Shown: positions 42,701 through 54,554 of the stretch, piece by piece
How positions within the stretch are numbered: position 1 is the first letter of the stretch
Layout: every line of letters starts with the position of its first letter
From: Macrostomum lignano
Taxonomy: Eukaryota
NCBI GenBank assembly: GCA_002269645.1
Contig: NIVC01001541.1
Location: forward strand, 207,797 to 271,796
Reading direction: 5' to 3'
DNA length: 64,000 nt
Program-made: the position numbers and the translations under genes
The notes under the pieces: generated by a model
What the model was told of the DNA's origin: nothing
What the model saw: the letters and a program-made list of their open reading frames with translations, nothing else
The model's database searches: none

Positions 42701-45700
42701 GAAATTTTCGCCTCACCTTCTTCACCTCGCAGAGCGGCACCGCTATCTGACGGACCAGGAGAACTCGTTCGCCATGAAGGAGTTCGCTTTCAGATTTGCC
42801 AACAACTATGCGGCTCTGTTTTACATCGCTTTTGTGCGACTGGTGAGCTGCAGGGCGTTAAAATGTCTGGCATTGAGCATTTCTGGTTTATGTTTGTGAT
42901 TAGCTCAGGGATTTGGTATGTACTTTTCGGTGTGCGCTATGTGGCATGGCGTGCTATGCGATTGGATGAATGTTACATGGCATGGTGCATGCTTTATGCT
43001 ACGTGTATGTGCATGGTGTGTGGTGCTATGTGCATGGTGTGTGGTGCTATGTGCATGGTGTGTGCTATGTGCATGGTGTGTGCTATGTGCATGGTGTGTG
43101 GTGCTATGTGCATGGTGTGTGCTATGTGCATGGTGTGTGCTATGTGCATGGTGTGTGGTGCTATGTGCATGGTGTGTGGTGCTATTTGCATGGTGTGTGC
43201 TATGTGCATGGTGTGTGCTATGTGTATGGTGTGTGCTATGTGGCATGGTGTGTGCTATGTGCATGGTGTGTGCTATGTGCATGGTGTGTGTTATGTGCAT
43301 GGTGTGTGGTGCTATGTGCATGGTGTGTGGTGCTATGTGCATGGTGTGTGGTGCTATGTGCATGGTGTGTGGTGCTATGTGCATGGTGTGTGGTGCTATG
43401 TGCATGGTGTGTGGTGCTATGTGCATGGTGTGTGGTGCTATGTGCATGGTGTGTGGTGCTATTTGCATGGTGTGTGCTATGTGCATGGTGTGTGCTATGT
43501 GCATGGTGTGTGCTATGTGCATGGTGTGTGGTGCTATTTGCATGGTGTGTGCTATGTGTATGGTGTGTGCTATGTGGCATGGTGTGCGCTATGTGCATGG
43601 TGTGTGCTATGTGCATGGTGTGTGCTATGTGGCATGGTGTGTGCTATGTGCATGGTGTGTGCTATGTGGCATGGTGTGTGCTATGTGCATGGTGTGTGCT
43701 ATGTGCATGGTGTGTGCTATGTGCATGGTGTGTGGTGCTATGTGCATGGTGTGTGGTGCTATGTGGCATGGTGTGTGGTGCTATGTGCATGGTGTGTGGT
43801 GCTATTTGCATGGTGTGTGTGCTATGTGTATGGTGTGTGGTGCTATGTGTATGGTGTGTGCTATGTGCATGGTGTGTGCTATGTGCATGGTGTGTGCTAT
43901 GTGTATGGTGTGTGCTATGTGCATGGTGTGTGCTATGTGCATGGTGTGTGCTATGTGCATGGTGTGTGGTGCTATGTGCATGGTGTGTGCTATGTGCATG
44001 GTGTGTGCTATGTGTATGGTGTGTGCTATGTGCATGGTGTGTGTTAGTGGCATGGTGTGCGCTATGTGCATGGTGTGTGCTATGTGCATGGTGTGTGCTA
44101 TGTGCATGGTGTGCGCTATGTGCATGGTGTGTGTTAGTGGCATGGTGTGCGCTATGTGTATGGTGTGTGCTATGTGCATGGTGTGTGCTATGTGCATGGT
44201 GTGCGCTATGTGCATGGTGTGTGTTAGTGGCATGGTGTGCGCTATGTGTATGGTGTGTGCTATGTGCATGGTGTGTGCTATGTGCATGGTGTGCGCTATG
44301 TGCATGGTGTGTGTTAGTGGCATGGTGTGCGCTATGTGCATGGTGTGCGCTATGTGTATGGTGTGTGCTATGTGCATGGTGTGTGCTATGTGCATGGTGT
44401 GCGCTATGTGCATGGTGTGTGTTAGTGGCATGGTGTGCGCTATGTGCATGGTGTGTGCTATGTGCATGGTGTGCGCTATGTGCATGGTGTGTGTTAGTGG
44501 CATGGTGTGCGCTATGTGCATGGTGTGTGTTAGTGGCATGGTGTGCGCTATGTGCATGGTGTGTGCTATGTGCATGGTGTGCGCTATGTGCATGGTGTGT
44601 GCTATGTGCATGGTGTGCGCTATGTGCATGGTGTGTGCTATGTGCATGGTGTGCGCTGTGTTCCGGTATGCGCCATCAGAAAAGTTTGCATTATTTTTTC
44701 TCAGGGCGGAATCCGTGTAGGCAGTCTCACGGACCACTGCGAATTGGGCGGAACCAGAGTGGACTGCTTCAGCCAGCTCAACCTGCTCACCACCTACTAC
44801 ATCGTGTTCCGATCGGCTTTGAAGAGTTTCATCGACTATCTTTGGCCGTAAGATTTCCCCAGCTGCTTTAGAGCAGATTGCGGAGTCACGGATCCTTTGC
44901 TCATGAGTCATAAACCAACCAATCTGATGTTCCCGCAGGCTCGTCAAGCACTGCCACCCTTTTTGGAGCGCTCTACGCTGCTTCAAGTCACTGCTGGCCT
45001 GCTTCTGCCCCTGTCTGAAGAGCCAGCTGTACGGCGTCGAGCTGAGCTGCCTGAATGAGCAGGAGATGCGCCTGAAGGAGCCCGGTGCTCGCAGGCACGG
45101 AGGAAACGCAGACGACCAACAGCTGGAAGAGTTTCTGGAGTTCGCCTGCCAGCGTCACATGGCCAACGAGGGAGACGACGTTGAGTACCTGGACAAGATG
45201 ATCCTCTACGGCTATATGGTGGTGAGTTCAGCTGTTTGGTTCCGAATCGGAATCGGTGCCATAAATCAAGGCTGTTGTGTAAAAAGCAATAGAATAGGTT
45301 GTTATCAATTAAATACTAAGAGATTTAGAGACTTTGAGCACAATCAAGTAAAAAATTAACTCATTGTCTTATTATCTTACTAATAGTATTTTACGGCAAA
45401 CATTGGTCTTTAAATTTTTCGCGAATAGTGAGCTTTACGCCCTGAGCATAATATTGAATAAAAATTAGTTGTCATTAACCTGCACATGCTAGAAAAATTT
45501 CAACGTCTTTTCTCTCTTTATCCTATCGCCACCTGCAACCTCACCTGCAACCTCACCTGCAACCTCACCTGCAACATCACCTGCAACATCTCCTGCAACA
45601 TCACCTGCAACATCACCTGCAACCTCACCTGCAACCTCACCTGCAACATCACCTGCAACATCTCCTGCAACATCACCTGCAACATCACCTGCAACCTCAC

Positions 45701-46962
45701 CTGCAACCTCACCTGCAACATCACCTGCAACATCTCCTGCAACATCACCTGCAACATCACCTGCAACATCACCTGCAACATCACCTGCAACCTCACCTGC
45801 AACCTCACCTGCAACATCACCTGCAACATCACCTGCAACATCACCTGCAACCTCACCTGCAACATCACCTGCAACATCACCTGCAACATCACCTGCAACC
45901 TCACCTGCAACCTCACCTGCAACCTCACCCAAAATGTCACCTGGGGCTTCATCATCAATTTTTCTGCAGCTGTTCGGCTCCGCCTGCTTCCTGGCCCCGG
46001 TGGCCGCTCTCGTCGCGCTCACAGTGGACCTCCGCCTGGACGCCAGCCGCCTTCTCCTCCGGTACCGCCGCCCGCTGCCCCGGCCGTCCCAGGGCCTCGG
46101 CATCTGGGGCGGCATTCTGGACTGCCTGAGCTACGCTGGCGTGTTCAGCACAGCCGCCATCCTGGCCTTCACGTCGGACAGTCTGTCCGTTTTTGTCCGA
46201 TTGCAGGACCTCAGTGAGGACCGACGGGTTCTGTACAGACTGGTGCTGTTCATCGCCTTTGTGGTGAGTGACTGCCCTTTGGTCTTGTGTGGTTGACACA
46301 CAAGATGGGCCACTTTCTATTGCGACTGTAGGTAACGAGCCGCTGACTACTGACAAAATTGCGACTTCAGTAGCATCGTGCTTTCGGTAGCCCCAACGAG
46401 TTTTACATGGACTGACTTCTGTGACCACGCAAGCAGTTAATGAGTGGCCCGCTTTGCATAGGCGTGTAAAATCCTTGATTTCCGCTCATGAGCGTCAGCT
46501 AACCTACTTTAATTGCAGAGCGCCACTCTGTCGTTAAAGTTTCTGCTCATTGTCGCCATCAGGGGACCGTCCACGAAGCTCAAGATGCAGCTGAAGTGGG
46601 TGAGTTGGGCTGATTCAACTCTTGACACTTTTTGTCAGCTCCATTGATGCATGTTGACTCTTCGTGGAAGAAATTACCGCCGTTCCTCTCATTTTGCTTC
46701 CACTTCATTCGATTCGAAGGAGTACTGGGCAGTCCCGAAAATTCTGGCGTACGAACGAGTGTCCGACGATGTAGTGAAGAAGCTGGAGAAGTAAGTTGTG
46801 TGAGTAGCTTACGAATAGAAGCTGAGATCAGAAAGTTGAGACTTGCAAAACCTGTTGAACCGCAGAATCCGCAGCGCGAACGAGTGGTTCCGGTCCTCAC
46901 TGCCCTGCTGCCCGGGCGCTCGCGGGAGCGGCCGGAAACCGACGGTGGAGGCCATGGCCTGA
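34140..46962 (+). CDS. Anoctamin/TMEM16 family membrane protein, paralog B (about 947 aa, 17 exons)
   Basis: Exons: 34140-34424, about 36150-36351 (acceptor uncertain), 36440-36615, 36754-36913, 37023-37383, 37840-37920, 39350-39575, 41972-42037, 42291-42461, 42546-42582, 42733-42842, 44705-44847, 44939-45221, 45970-46263, 46519-46599, 46720-46790, 46866-46962. Intron phases match paralog A, and several exon sizes are identical (81, 66, 37, 110, 143, 81, 71). Motifs include IRLYFGEKMAFYFAWV, ENSFAMKEFAFRFANNYAALFYIAF, EYLDK and GLGIWG. Confidence 0.92.
34482..36174. repeat. Minisatellite, 20-bp unit GTGTCAGGTGTCAGACTGGT (about 84 copies) filling anoctamin B intron 1
   Basis: Read directly; it switches to alternating variant units after about 35600. 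Confidence 0.97.
36656..36741. repeat. (GACA)n microsatellite in anoctamin B intron 3
   Basis: Read directly. Confidence 0.97.
37418..37777. mobile_element. Degenerate foldback-like element in anoctamin B intron 5
   Basis: Left GGGGTTTCTGTCACGAGCTCGAAATTTGACA...AAACTTCACAACG; the right end reads GGGGCGGTTCACAAACTCAAAATTTCACAACG on the minus strand. These are the same modules as at 14900 and 15449. Confidence 0.5.
38001..39270. mobile_element. Non-autonomous hAT-type element inflated by an internal minisatellite of about 25 bp (CCAAGCCTGCTGGAAAAGAG-Gn)
   Basis: Inverted termini CAGGGGCGCAGCCAGG / CCTAGCTACGCCCCTG; flanks GTTGAAGG / GCTGAAGG (7 of 8 TSD match). Confidence 0.85.
39805..41129 (-). 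mobile_element. Full-length mariner transposon (1325 bp) in anoctamin B intron 7
   Basis: 31-bp TIRs CGAGGGGTGCGCAAAAAGT(T/C)TTGGCAACTGG with one mismatch, TA on both sides, and an intact transposase ORF. Confidence 0.96.
39879..40946 (-). CDS. Mariner transposase, DD34D (355 aa)
   Basis: HTH-type N-terminus; WVPHAL, VTGDEKW, HHDNA and YSPDLAPCD motifs, with 34 residues between the second and third catalytic Asp. Confidence 0.96.
   Translation of the reverse strand: MENITADQWRFYVFMRSQLGENATKIHAELVQVVADQAPSYRTVARWIELVSAGRRSMTDSPRSGRPMTSVTEQNIVAVRQLVDEDRNITVALLSQTIGISDGSVRTILHDHLGLRKVTARWVPHALTAEQKQERVRCSQEFLRCFGEGGTKRLTDVVTGDEKWFYYFQVPHKNQNKVWIGSDEDRPTVLRPGFRSRKQMFVVFFSINGPETVVMVPNGQNVNATFYTGEVLPKVVASVMEKQPTRLQSGRIHLHHDNASSHTAAMTTSFLADNKLKVIPHPPYSPDLAPCDFWAFPKLTERMAGCHFQRPQDLARRINSELNTMPASEYRAAFEAWIRRHQKCIERGGDYIEGL
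41158..41532. mobile_element. 375-bp hAT-type MITE with near-perfect inverted arms of about 155 bp
   Basis: Starts CATGGATGAATGAATAGAATGG and ends with its reverse complement; 8-bp TSD CCCCTCAC at 41150-41157 and 41533-41540; spacer of about 65 bp. Confidence 0.9.
42935..44656. repeat. Degenerate 18/21-bp minisatellite TGCTATGTGCATGGTGTG(TGG) in anoctamin B intron 11
   Basis: Read directly; it explains the CAWCV/HTMHIA ORFs. Confidence 0.96.
45528..45928. repeat. Minisatellite, 12-bp unit CACCTGCAAC(A/C)T in anoctamin B intron 13
   Basis: Read directly. Confidence 0.97.
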
Positions 46963-47593
46963 GCTGAACATTAGCGAACCAAAACCGCCTATACTACTGC
47001 TACTGACGATTTTTCAGTAGTACATTACAATTTAAACGTTTTCAATTGACTTTAATTTCTTGGCACAAAAAGGAAACTCCTAATGAGATCGTTGAAAATT
47101 CTGAATTTCCTTTTCGCCTCAATAACTCAATTTGTTGATTAACTGTTTTTTCTTGTGGTAAAGTACATTTTAACAAACGGAAGAATATATTTACAATTAT
47201 GTATTGGTAAAAAACTAACAATATATTTAACCAAAACAGTCCTCCAGTGAATAATTAACCGAGGAAAATGCTTCGAACTCTTCCCAGTTCGTGTGCTTCA
47301 CCGCCTTTCACCAGGAAATGAGCCTGGACTTCGCCGCCGGCTCTGAAGGAAAAAGTACTCAAAAGCACTCGCAAGCTTTGCATGCTCGCTTGGCTGCGTC
47401 TGGCTCTGACTGCTATCCGAGTCGGCTCGGGGATGTGGGGGTCGGGCGGGACCTCCGACTGGCACTTGGGCCACCGCCTAGTTGGCTGAGCCACCAAATT
47501 ATTCATGAGACAGCGGGGCCAACTTAGCAGTTGCCGAGGCGCTGTGGCAGTTCGGCCTGAGTGGCCAAGTGGCCAAGTGATTAATATCCGGCT

Positions 47594-47609
47594 GGCACTC
47601 TGAATGTGT

Positions 47610-47643
<34 letters not shown>
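47594..47643. repeat. (CT)n microsatellite
   Basis: Read directly. Confidence 0.9.
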
Positions 47644-47646
<3 letters not shown>

Positions 47647-48217
47647 GAAGCTATTTACGAGCGTAAACTGTCTTTGGGAGACGATAAACTAGTAAACTAT
47701 TATAATCAACTCAGCACTGAGGGCGGTGTCTGTAGCAGTGCAGACTGTAAATGAGTCCAATGGTGCATTCTACTCTGACTCTACTCAGTATTAAATCTTT
47801 TTTTCAGCGAGCCAACCGAAATACAAAACACTTTATATAGCGTTGCAGCGTTGCTATTATTCTTTTTATTGCCCTGTCTACACACACTTGAGCGTCCCTG
47901 CAAAGCTGACTTTGATCCAGTAGCTCCTGGGGTCTCTGTGCCAATGGTGATCGGCCTGAAAACGCACAACTACTGCTGTGCCTTAGCTAGTATTTCTGTA
48001 GTCCGGGACAAACAAAGCTAGTCTCACACCGTCAATGAGCCATCAATGAGAAACGCGAAAATATGTGCAAGCCGTGTGATCAACGGGAAATCTGTTTCAT
48101 CTGATGGCAGCTGGAACGAGCCTTCAGAGTTGGAAACAGTCGGTGCTTTTAGCTACCTGGCAGCAGATACCAGGAAGGAAGAGATTTTTGCACCATCGTC
48201 CATTCAGACGCGCCGGC

Positions 48218-50394
48218 TCAAGCAGTCCTGCAGCAGCACCGGCACAGCCGCTGCCTGTACAGCCGCAGCAGCTCAGCCCTGAACTTGTCATTCACCAGCG
48301 CGTACAAGAAAAAGTTCAACGAGGCGTTCAAGTAGAAAAATCGGTGCAGCGGCGAGTCCGGAATGAGCCGGAAGTTGATGAGCAGCATGGGCAGCATGCT
48401 GGCGTAGAACAGCAGGCTGGCAGCGAACAGCATCAGGGCGAGCCTCCGGGGAAACCAGAAGCCACTGGCGGCCGCTGCGTCTGGCTGGCCGTCAGCGTGG
48501 CCCGCCAGCGGTTCGGCCGCGTTGGACAGCGCACGCAGAGTCCCGGCCGTCTGCTCCCGGCGAGCCGACCTTCGCCGCTCCTTGACCGCCACGAAGGCGA
48601 ACAGCCGGATGTACAGGGCCAGTACTGCCAGCAGCGAGGCGGCTCCGAGGACCCCGTACAGGCGCAGCAGGTTGGTTTCCACCCACAGCTTCACGCGGCA
48701 GCGGTCCTCACTGAGGTAGTGCGCCAGCGTGGCCGCAGACTCGAGCGCCAGAAGGGCGCCCGCGCCACCCGCCAGCGCCACCAGCGTTGTGCGCAGTCGG
48801 AGGCCGGACTGGCGGGCACGCACGATGCTCAGGTATCTGCGAGTGAAGGAGTGATTAGCGACGTTGCTGATACGGTTTTTCTTCCTCCTTTCTGACGCAA
48901 CTGACAACTCTGACACCAGCTTGGCACCCCTGACAGCCTTTTTCCTCTATTGGGTTGCTCACTCAATTGTTGGTGGCGTTCGCAAGTGGGTAAAGAGCCA
49001 AGCAAGAACCCTTCGAAATTAAACTCTACAACGGCATCAATGCTAACGAATGAGCTTGTAAAATGACAGAAAAATGGGTTCGAGGCTTAACTAGGAAGCA
49101 TGGCGCCTCCTTTTTAGTAGGAAGCCTGATGGGAGCAGCTCCAAGGCGCTCCTGTAAATGTCTAGGGTGCAATGACAGGAGCCACTAAGTTGTGCAAAGG
49201 AAACATCTCATGAACTAATTTGGTTCGTAGCATGCGATTAAGTTGTGACAGGCCGTCTGATCAAACCTAAGGGACTCCCCAACGGGCGAGCGCGAGTTGG
49301 CTTCAATCCGCTGGCCGGACTGAGCTTCGATTCTGAGCGGAGGTCGCGTCAAGAAGCGTCGACAGTCCGTCCCTAAACTTCCCAAGTACTGCTCCCAAGC
49401 CCAGTACAATTCCGAAAGTAGTAAATCAAATACGCGAACTTACTGGCGATGATCAACTCAGTGGATAGCTTTCGGTAGAAATTATTCTGTTTGATGGCCT
49501 AGTTTAAGTTGCAAGACCGCGCGCCTCCTGCTCACCGCCAGCGATTCTCATTGTATTTAGGCTGCCTGGCGTAAGCCCTAGGGTCCCACGCCAGACAGCA
49601 TTAGCACAAACAATCCACCCCAAGCCAATCGCGACCAAGGACCACTAGGAACATTTCGTTATATCTAGTCTAGTAGTCCTTGATCGCGACACGCCAGAGG
49701 GTCAAAAATACAATATGTAACAACCTCAGCCAATCAAAAGATAATGGGGAGGGGGTTGGCGCAGACAACGCGGGGCAGGGGGTGATGTAAACAACTGGAA
49801 CGGGGGCGAAAACAACTGCAAAGGGGGTTTGGCATTTGCTGAAAGAGGGCACAAACACTTTAGGGGAGGGGGGTAAGAGTGCAGCGCCGGGCCCACCTGC
49901 CTGAGAGTCCAAGATCGCTCATCAGTGCAAGAGCAGCCCGGCACAACAATTATTTATAAAACACACGCATGCCTGGGGATTAACAACGCCCACCTGTCCA
50001 CCGCGACGAGAACGAGGATCCAGGCCTCCATGGCGAAGGCGGCGTAGCGCGAGGACAGAATCAGCGAGCTCAGCCAGTGGTTGACCGGCCGGACTTGCAG
50101 CTGGCGCGCGGCGGCCTCCTGTTGCTGGCTGGCCAGGTAGTCGGTGAACACTCGGTAGCAGTCCGTGGGCAGCACCACCCCGCAGATGAGCAGGTCCATG
50201 CACGACAGCACGATCACCAGGAACCGGAGGCTGCGCTCCCGGCCGACGGAGCCAACAAAGACCATGATCACGTGACCGTTGCCCAGCAGGCCGAGCAGGC
50301 CCAGCGCAGAGTAGAAGAGCAGCGACCCGACGGCCACCAGGCGAGTCTCGGGCAGCGAGTGCTCGGTGCACATGGAGTTCGTGGCGTTGCCCAT
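48218..50394 (-). CDS. Class A (rhodopsin-like) GPCR, probably peptide-receptor-like (about 339 aa, 2 exons)
   Basis: Exon 1 (50394-49994) contains TM1 LGLLGN, TM2 LSCMDLL and TM3 ending VAVD-AG|GT. Exon 2 (48836-48218) starts after GCAG with A-TAC, restoring DRY, and contains TM7 LNASLNFFLY and helix 8 VNDKFRAEL. Confidence 0.88.
49636..49682. mobile_element. 47-bp hAT-type micro-element with 8-bp TSD ATCGCGAC, in the GPCR intron
   Basis: ATCGCGAC-[CAAGGACCACTAG...CTAGTAGTCCTTG]-ATCGCGAC; 13-bp TIR with one mismatch. Confidence 0.88.
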
Positions 50395-52072
50395 GCCTGA
50401 GCAGGATTTGGGCGCCTCTCAGCAGCAAGTGGCTCTGCGAGCGGAGAAGCCAGCTTTTATCAGCTGTCTGCAACAGAACTCCAAGGCGATTGGCTGCTGC
50501 GGGTGGGGAGTGGCCTGAGTTTCTTGAACCCCGAGCTTTAGCTTCTCTCTGCGCCTGTCTGAACATGTCTACTGTAAATACTCGGATTAAGTCACGGCTG
50601 CACACAGATCTGTGCCGGCCTGGTTGGCTGGGATTCCGTGGTCGGATTGAAACTGATTGATTCTCCTGGCCAAGCCCGACGGATCAGGCTGTCTGCAGTC
50701 ACACAGCTGAACCACGGGACAGCAAAAATGTGCTTGGAGCTCAAATTCTCCGTAGCCCAAATTTTAAAGTCCCTCGCGTGGACTCTGAATGCAAATTTTG
50801 CCTGCAGGGATCCCAGAGCTCTCTATCTGATTGATATTTTCTCTTTCTGCGTGCTCCAAGCAAAACATTGATCCCCACTTTGGGACAGCCCTGTGAGCAG
50901 CTGCGCCGCCAGGCCCTGGCACTGATTGCAGCTGCGCTGATTCCGGCCGCCTGTCCGAGGGGCAATCGCATTGGGCCGTTTCCTCCCTGCCGCAGCTCCC
51001 TGCCTGCCTCTAATTAATCCGATGTCGCACTTCCGCATCAGCGTCCTTGCCTCGTAAATTTGTGAGCACAGATGCAGCAGTGACTCATGAGTGTTTTAGC
51101 GGCCCCTCTTTTGCTCTGTCCGTTAAGCCTGATGGCCAAATTGAAACCTGAGCCTTCTGATGCTCCTGGCTCATGCAGGTCTTCGGACTGAGTCTCTTTC
51201 TTAGCCAGGCCCCAAGTGTACATGTACACTGATTAAAGTACATGCTGATTGCTGTGGTACTGGCAGGTGGCCTGAATTAGGCCAGGGTCAGAGTTTTATG
51301 AGCTGTGCAGTGCGCAGGGGCGTCAAGTATTGCCGAACTGAAATTGGTGCAGGCGGCCTGAGACTGGCCGAAAACAGGAGCATTGTGCGTGCTAGCGGTG
51401 ATGAAGCACGGAGACAGGGCAATGCACAAGTTCTGTTTGCGTTTCACTACTGCAACAGTAGTGCATGAAGAAACCGATGTTTTCAAAAAATCTAATTATT
51501 ATTTTTATTTTACAGAACACTTCCAAAAACGAATGGATTCTTGCTAAAAACAACTCCAGCTTTTTCATAGACCGCGTTTGCGAAGTCGGACACCTGGCTT
51601 CCATTCTGCTGAAAAAGCGGCGTTCTTCCAAAACCAGCAAGCTTTAGCTCGAGAATTTCCTGTTGGCAAAAGCGATTCCTCCAGCTCAGAGAGCCGCAGC
51701 TTTTTCCCAGGCAACTGCAGCGCAAACACCTGCGGCTTTCCGAACAGACCTGCCTGGGCTGCACAGGTGATTAGCGACTCATCGAGTCCGGTTGGGCAGC
51801 AGCCGCCTTTGAGGCCGCACGCACCGCCTGCTCCTCCGGGTCTCCAGTTTCCAAGCGGGTATTTTTGTCAGCTGAAGCTGCGGGCTCTCAGCTGCAGGCG
51901 CTCCGAGCTGCGCCTTCGCGCGTCCCTGCGTCACAGACACACTGCTTCGGGGAGCTGCTCACTCAGCCGCTGACTCAGGCACCCGGCTGACCGTGGCGCT
52001 GGCAGCCCCTCTGCCTCTCAGCTGCCTTTTTCACTCTTCCCCGACTCTGTGGCTGCCCGCTCTGCCCCTGTA

Positions 52073-53081
52073 TGCCCCTCCTCCGGATCTGCTCCTCTTC
52101 ATCTCATATCTCCCTTCCCATGCCCCTCCTCCGGATCTGCTCCTCTTCATCTCATATCTCCCTTCCCATGCCCCTCCTCCGGATCTGCTCCTCTTCATCT
52201 CATATCTCCCTTCCCATGCCCCTCCTCCGGATCTGCTCCTCTTCATCTCATATCTCCCTTCCCATGACCCTCCTCCGGATCTGCTCCTCTTCATCTCATA
52301 TCTCCCTTCCCATGCCCCTTCTCCGGATCTGCTCCTCTTCATCTCATATCTCCCTTCCCATGCCCCTCCTCCGGATCTGCTCCTCTTCATCTCATATCTC
52401 CCTTCCCATGCCCCTTCTCCGGATCTGCTCCTCTTCATCTCATATCTCCCTTCCCATGCCCCTCCTCCGGATCTGCTCCTCTTCATCTCATATCTCCCTT
52501 CCCATGCCCCTCCTCCGGATCTGCTCCTCTTCATCTCATATCTCCCTTCCCATGCCCCTCCTCCGGATCTGCTCCTCTTCATCTCATATCTCCCTTCCCA
52601 TGCCCCTCCTCCGGATCTGCTCCTCTTCATCTCATATCTCCCTTCCCATGCCCCTCCTCCGGATCTGCTCCTCTTCATCTCATATCTCCCTTCCCATGCC
52701 CCTCCTCCGGATCTGCTCCTCTTCATCTCATATCTCCCTTCCCATGCCCCTTCTCTGGATCTGCTCCCTTCATCTCATATCTCCCTTCCCATGCCCCTCC
52801 TCCGGATCTGCTCCTCTTCATCTCATATCTCCCTTCCCATGCCCCTCCTCCGGATCTGCTCCTCTTCATCTCATATCTCCCTTCCCATGCCCCTCCTCCG
52901 GATCTGCTCCTCTTCATCTCATATCTCCCTTCCCATGCCCCTTCTCTGGATCTGCTCCCCTTCATCTCATATCTCCCTTCCCATGCCCCTCCTCCGGATC
53001 TGCTCCTCTTCATCTCATATCTCCCTTCCCATGCCCCTCCTCCGGATCTGCTCCTCTTCATCTCATATCTCCCTTCCCTTG
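52073..53081. repeat. Minisatellite, 48-bp unit (about 21 copies), strongly pyrimidine-biased on the + strand
   Basis: Unit GCCCCTCCTCCGGATCTGCTCCTCTTCATCTCATATCTCCCTTCCCAT; it gives 16-aa periodic spurious ORFs. Confidence 0.97.
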
Positions 53082-53776
53082 CCCCTCTCTCCCTCTACTT
53101 TGTTTTCTTGTTAAACTCCCTAAAATTTCCCATCAAAGACAATAGCATTTCTTGCTCAGCAATAAATTTATCCAGCAATTTATGAGGCAGTGAATTCATT
53201 CGTTTATGAGAAGTTAATGCAATCAACCGGGATTCTGTCACAGTGCTCACTCACCCGATGGGGCACAGAGCTGCTCACTGCCTGCTTCATCTTCTCCCCC
53301 TCGAGTCTCTCCTTTCGTTGAGTTGCCGCAGCTCAGCTTCGAGGCGGTCGTCTCCGCTGGCCCGCTGCTAATTACATGCGCTGCCCCCCTTTCCTTTGTA
53401 GCCGGGGCACCTGGCCAGTCCCGGACACGGCTCCTAATCTCGAATCCCACCCCCCCCCCCAGAAAGGCTGCAGGGAAGCCGCAGATGTAGCAAAGTCGCG
53501 GCAAAGCGGATTCAGAGACACGCGGGAGTCGGGACTGATGAGGCAGAGAGAGGCGACCGGGGAGTTCTAGAGAGAGTGGGGAGCAGAAGGTGCAGCCTGG
53601 CCCGATTCTGCAGCTTCAGGCCATGGGAACTCGCTGTGTGCAGCCCGCCTGTGAGAGCGGGAGTTTGTTTATGGCTGAACGAACTCTCGGAAGGTGCGAA
53701 ATAAACTGAACTGAGTGAACTCAAAATGCGCTTTTAATTATTTAAATTCCCTGCCGATTTAACCTGCCCTGCCGAT

Positions 53777-53991
53777 ACAACTGCCGCACTGTCCGGGAAA
53801 TTCGATGGGGAACTGGGGATTGCATAAGACAACTGCCGCACTGTCCGGGAAATTCGATGGGGAACTGGGGATTGCATAAGACAACTGCCGCACTGTCGGG
53901 AAATTCGATGGGGAACTGGGGATTGCATAAGACAACTGCCGCACTGTCGGGAAATTCGATGGGGAACTGGGGATTGCATAAGACAACTGCC
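53777..53991. repeat. 51-52-bp tandem repeat, 4 copies, upstream of the stonin-like gene
   Basis: ACAACTGCCGCACTGTC(C)GGGAAATTCGATGGGGAACTGGGGATTGCATAAG starts at 53777, 53829, 53881 and 53932. Confidence 0.95.
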
Positions 53992-54424
53992 CCGACCAGT
54001 TGCAGCTCCGCTTCCCGTCCAGAAGTCTTGGTCAAAGCGTCCCTGGACCGGACGGAGGCTCCGGGCTCGCGGGGACAATGCGACCTGCATGGGAGGGGAG
54101 AAAAGTTGCTCCGAGGCAGGGGGGGGGCAGCTGCAGGCATGCCGCGAATCAGTGCCCGGGATAGGAGGGCGGCAGCGGCAGCCCTATAAGTGAGTCGCTC
54201 CACTCAAATTCAGCCCTTTCTGTTGTGTCCGAGTCCCGCGATCCTTCACTCAAGGGCCGGCCTGCGAGCGAAGTGCAAAGAAGCCGAGGCCCCGAGCTGC
54301 CCCCGCCTTCTGCCTCTTTATACTCATCTCGGGTTCCCTCGGGGATAACACGCAGCTGCGGACCCCGGCTTCCCTGCTCAGAGCTACTCAGCCTAATTCG
54401 GCCTTGGCTCGAGTCCCCTTCGCA

Positions 54425-54521
54425 ATGAGCAGCGCCAGCGGCAGCGGCAGCGGCGGCCACGAAAATAAAAAGCCGCTGTTCGGACTGCTGCCGTCATTTC
54501 GTCGGAGAAAGTCCAAGTCCA

Positions 54522-54554
<33 letters not shown>

